Positions 61,418 to 64,000 of a stretch of DNA of 64,000 bases are shown here, in pieces. The stretch comes from Candidatus Latescibacterota bacterium (GTDB lineage: Bacteria > Latescibacterota > UBA2968 > UBA8231), in NCBI GenBank assembly GCA_965243025.1, contig CBDETY010000003.1, positions 6,272,001 to 6,336,000 on the forward strand, read 5' to 3'. Each line of letters starts with the position of its first letter. The first letter of the stretch is position 1. The notes beneath the pieces are model-generated. The model saw nothing but the letters and a program-made list of their open reading frames with translations, was not told the origin of the DNA and searched no databases. The translations under genes were made by a program, and so were the position numbers.

Positions 61418-64000
61418 ATGATCCCGGTGAAAACAGGTTTCCCGCGCAAAGCCGTGCGTAGAGCACTCCCCGCAGTCCTCCTGCTGATGCTGGCCCCCCG
61501 GCTGCTCCCGGCCGAGACCATCCCGGCCGGGTTCTTCGCGGGAATCCGGTTCGAGGAGCCGCTGCCCACGGCCTTCGACACCGGGCAGATCCTGCCCCTC
61601 GACGGCAGCGTCGACCAGGACGGGGTCGCCTGGATCCTGTTCCGGTTCCTCCCCATCGGCAGGGGGGAGCAGGTGGATTTCATCACCCCGGTGAGGGAGG
61701 GCCGCTTCGCCAGGGAAATCGTTTTCCCCCATTCGGCGCGCGGGCAGTACAGCCTCGAGATCTTCACGGGCAAGACCAGGGAATCCATGGACTACGTCGG
61801 CCGCTACTACGGCCTCAAGATGCTCCAGGGCAGGGGCCCGGTGATGCTGCCCCGGCGCTTCTTCCCCGGGTTTCTCTTCGACCAGGCGCTGCCGACCCGC
61901 CTGGCAACCGGGGAGCCCCTGCACCTGGCAGGGGAGGTGGAGGATGCCGGGGCGCACAGGGCCCTGGCCTTCAGCTTCTTTTCGCAGGATGGGTCGTCCT
62001 GGACCTCCTTCCTCCTCGTCGAGGAGGGGCGCTTCGAGCGCACCATTCTCGTGCCCGGGGAAGCGGAAGGGGCCACCGGCCTGGCCCTGTACGCCGGCCT
62101 GCGGGAGGGGAACCTTCCCTTTGTCGAAAGCTATCTCCACCTCGAAATCGCGCCCGGGGCCGAACCGGCCGAGGTGCCGCCGCTGTTCTTCGACGGACTG
62201 GCGCTGGACGAACCCCTGCCGGTGAAATGGCCCCTGCGGCGGGCGGTGATCCTGGCCGGAGAGGCGCGTCCCTTCGTGCGCCGGTTCTGGATGTATCTGA
62301 GCCGGCTCGACGGCGGGGAACCCCGCGTGCTCCCGGCCGGGCTGGAGGAAGGGCGCTTCCGCTTCCCGTTACGGCTGACCTCCGGCGAGGAAGGTCCGCT
62401 GCGCCTGTCGGCGGTTATCGAGCTGCAGGACGGCACGACCTGGGAGGCAGGGGAGTTCCTCATCGAGGGGGTGGATCTGCCGCCCCCGGACCTCGAGGTG
62501 GGTGTGGTTGCCCTCGCCCTGCTGGCCGGGAGCCCGGGGAAGGTCCCCCTGTTGAACCGGGGGAGCGGCCCCGTCGCGCTGGAGCCGCCCCGGGTAGAGG
62601 GGCCTTTCGCCGTGGAGGCGTACCCCTCCGTCCTGGAGCCGGGCGAGGCCGGCCGGATCGAGCTGAGCTACGATGGATCGGGCGATGACCAGGGTCTTCT
62701 CACCGTGCTCAGCGACGATCCCTTCCGGCCCCGCGTGTCGGTCGCCCTGTCGGGGCTGGCGGCCCGGGAGGCGGCAACCGAGCTGCTGCACCTGCGGGCC
62801 GATGCATCGGGGCGTATCGAGTCGGGCTTCGATCTCCTGGAACAGGACCTCGTCTTCGCCCTCTATGCGGCTCCGGCAGAGCGGCCCTGGCCGGGGAAGG
62901 TGTACGACATTGCCCTGGACGGCTCGGCGGCCCTGGCCAAACCGGCCGCTTCCCCGCGGGCGGGCCGCCGCGATTCCGTCGAGGCCCGGGCGCGGCGGCT
63001 CGAGCGGGCCCTGTCCCTGCGCCTGCGGCAGACCGGGCTGCCGGCTGGCAAGCCGGCGGGGGTGCAGTACGAGGTCGGAGACCGCCGCTCCTTTTTCTTC
63101 GCGGCCCAGGGAGACGTCCCGGACCAGTCCATCGAGGCCAGGGTGGTGGCCGTCAACGAACGCGCCGTCGCCTTCGTTCAGGAGGACCTGCGGGAGGACG
63201 ACGGCAACATCGGGGAGGAACAGCTGAAGGAGGGCCTCGACCTGTTCGCCGAGGATTACCCGCTCCTGGTCGAGACCTTCGGGGCTCCTTCGGACGTCGA
63301 CGGAGACGGCCGGGTGGCGGTGCTGGTCACCCACCTGATCGAGGACGTCGACGTGGGCGGTCAGTTCCGCGCCTCCTCGGTGCTGCCCCGGCGCTCGGGC
63401 GGAGACGGCAACATGATCGACCTGATGTGGGTGAACCCGCTCTATCCCGCCGAGTCCTTGCGGGCTTTGCTGGCGCACGAGTTCCAGCATCTCGTCAACT
63501 TCAACCAGCACGTCCTGGTGCGGCGGGGGATCAGCGAGGTTTCCTGGCTCAACGAGGGCCTGTCGCACCTTGCGGAGGACCTCGTGGCCGACCACCACGT
63601 CAGCGGCAACTACCACCTGGTGCGCACCTTCCTGGAGGAGCCGGGCGCGGTGGGGCTGGTCGACGGGTACCTGGTCGACTCCCCCACGCGCGGGGCCGCC
63701 TACCTGTTCGTTCGCGGCCTGGTCGACCTGCTGGGGGAGGGGGTGCTGCTGCGCCTGGTGCAGACCGGCCTGGTCGACCGCGACAACGTCGAGGCGGCCA
63801 CCGGGGAGAGCTTTGCCGACCTGATGGCCCGCTGGGGGGCGCAGCTCTACATCAGCGGCACCGGGCTGAGCGGCCACTCCCGGTTCAACTACCGCATCTC
63901 GCCCCTGCAGACTCCGCAGGGCCGGGGCTTTCCCCCGCCCGCCTCGGTGACCTACCGCCTCGGGGAGGAGCCCCCCGGGCTGGCGATCCGGCCCAGGGGG
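61418..64000 (+). CDS. Large secreted zinc metallopeptidase (M30/hyicolysin-like) with Ig-like N-terminal modules; 3'-truncated by the window edge
   Basis: Absent from the ORF track (no stop before the window end); signal peptide ALPAVLLLMLAP; FGAPSDVDGDGRV, LAHEFQHLVN (~63476) and WLNEGLSH in the same frame as ATG 61418. Confidence 0.82.
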   Translation, partial: MIPVKTGFPRKAVRRALPAVLLLMLAPRLLPAETIPAGFFAGIRFEEPLPTAFDTGQILPLDGSVDQDGVAWILFRFLPIGRGEQVDFITPVREGRFAREIVFPHSARGQYSLEIFTGKTRESMDYVGRYYGLKMLQGRGPVMLPRRFFPGFLFDQALPTRLATGEPLHLAGEVEDAGAHRALAFSFFSQDGSSWTSFLLVEEGRFERTILVPGEAEGATGLALYAGLREGNLPFVESYLHLEIAPGAEPAEVPPLFFDGLALDEPLPVKWPLRRAVILAGEARPFVRRFWMYLSRLDGGEPRVLPAGLEEGRFRFPLRLTSGEEGPLRLSAVIELQDGTTWEAGEFLIEGVDLPPPDLEVGVVALALLAGSPGKVPLLNRGSGPVALEPPRVEGPFAVEAYPSVLEPGEAGRIELSYDGSGDDQGLLTVLSDDPFRPRVSVALSGLAAREAATELLHLRADASGRIESGFDLLEQDLVFALYAAPAERPWPGKVYDIALDGSAALAKPAASPRAGRRDSVEARARRLERALSLRLRQTGLPAGKPAGVQYEVGDRRSFFFAAQGDVPDQSIEARVVAVNERAVAFVQEDLREDDGNIGEEQLKEGLDLFAEDYPLLVETFGAPSDVDGDGRVAVLVTHLIEDVDVGGQFRASSVLPRRSGGDGNMIDLMWVNPLYPAESLRALLAHEFQHLVNFNQHVLVRRGISEVSWLNEGLSHLAEDLVADHHVSGNYHLVRTFLEEPGAVGLVDGYLVDSPTRGAAYLFVRGLVDLLGEGVLLRLVQTGLVDRDNVEAATGESFADLMARWGAQLYISGTGLSGHSRFNYRISPLQTPQGRGFPPPASVTYRLGEEPPGLAIRPRG

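Overview
High-GC bacterial chromosomal window. T9SS/FlgD-type C-terminal domains, TPR and FG-GAP proteins, a DUF6785-like transporter and a phytanoyl-CoA dioxygenase suggest an FCB-group organism such as Latescibacterota (inference). It holds about 45 CDSs, one tRNA-Glu(CTC) with terminator, and no CRISPR array, rRNA or transposase. Highlights: (1) a more AT-rich island at ~35.5-39.8 kb with an Ssp-type DNA phosphorothioation cluster (sspA, sspB, an internally deleted sspC remnant, sspD) followed not by sspE but by a sulfur-binding-domain (SBD)-HNH nuclease split at a G_GGA_AAA slippery site; (2) a 9.4 kb cluster of three paralogous secreted FlgD-CTD proteins plus a probable Ca-binding outer-membrane protein of unknown function; (3) an XRE/IrrE-like repressor-protease pair facing a 64-aa HTH gene, with a perfect 16-bp operator and a coupled ABC exporter; (4) several toxin-antitoxin modules and relics with palindromic operators; (5) a coupled DMG dehydrogenase-BHMT-PQQ dehydrogenase operon; (6) a non-coding array of degenerate ~112-bp repeats. 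All family calls come from motif recognition by eye; no database searches were run.
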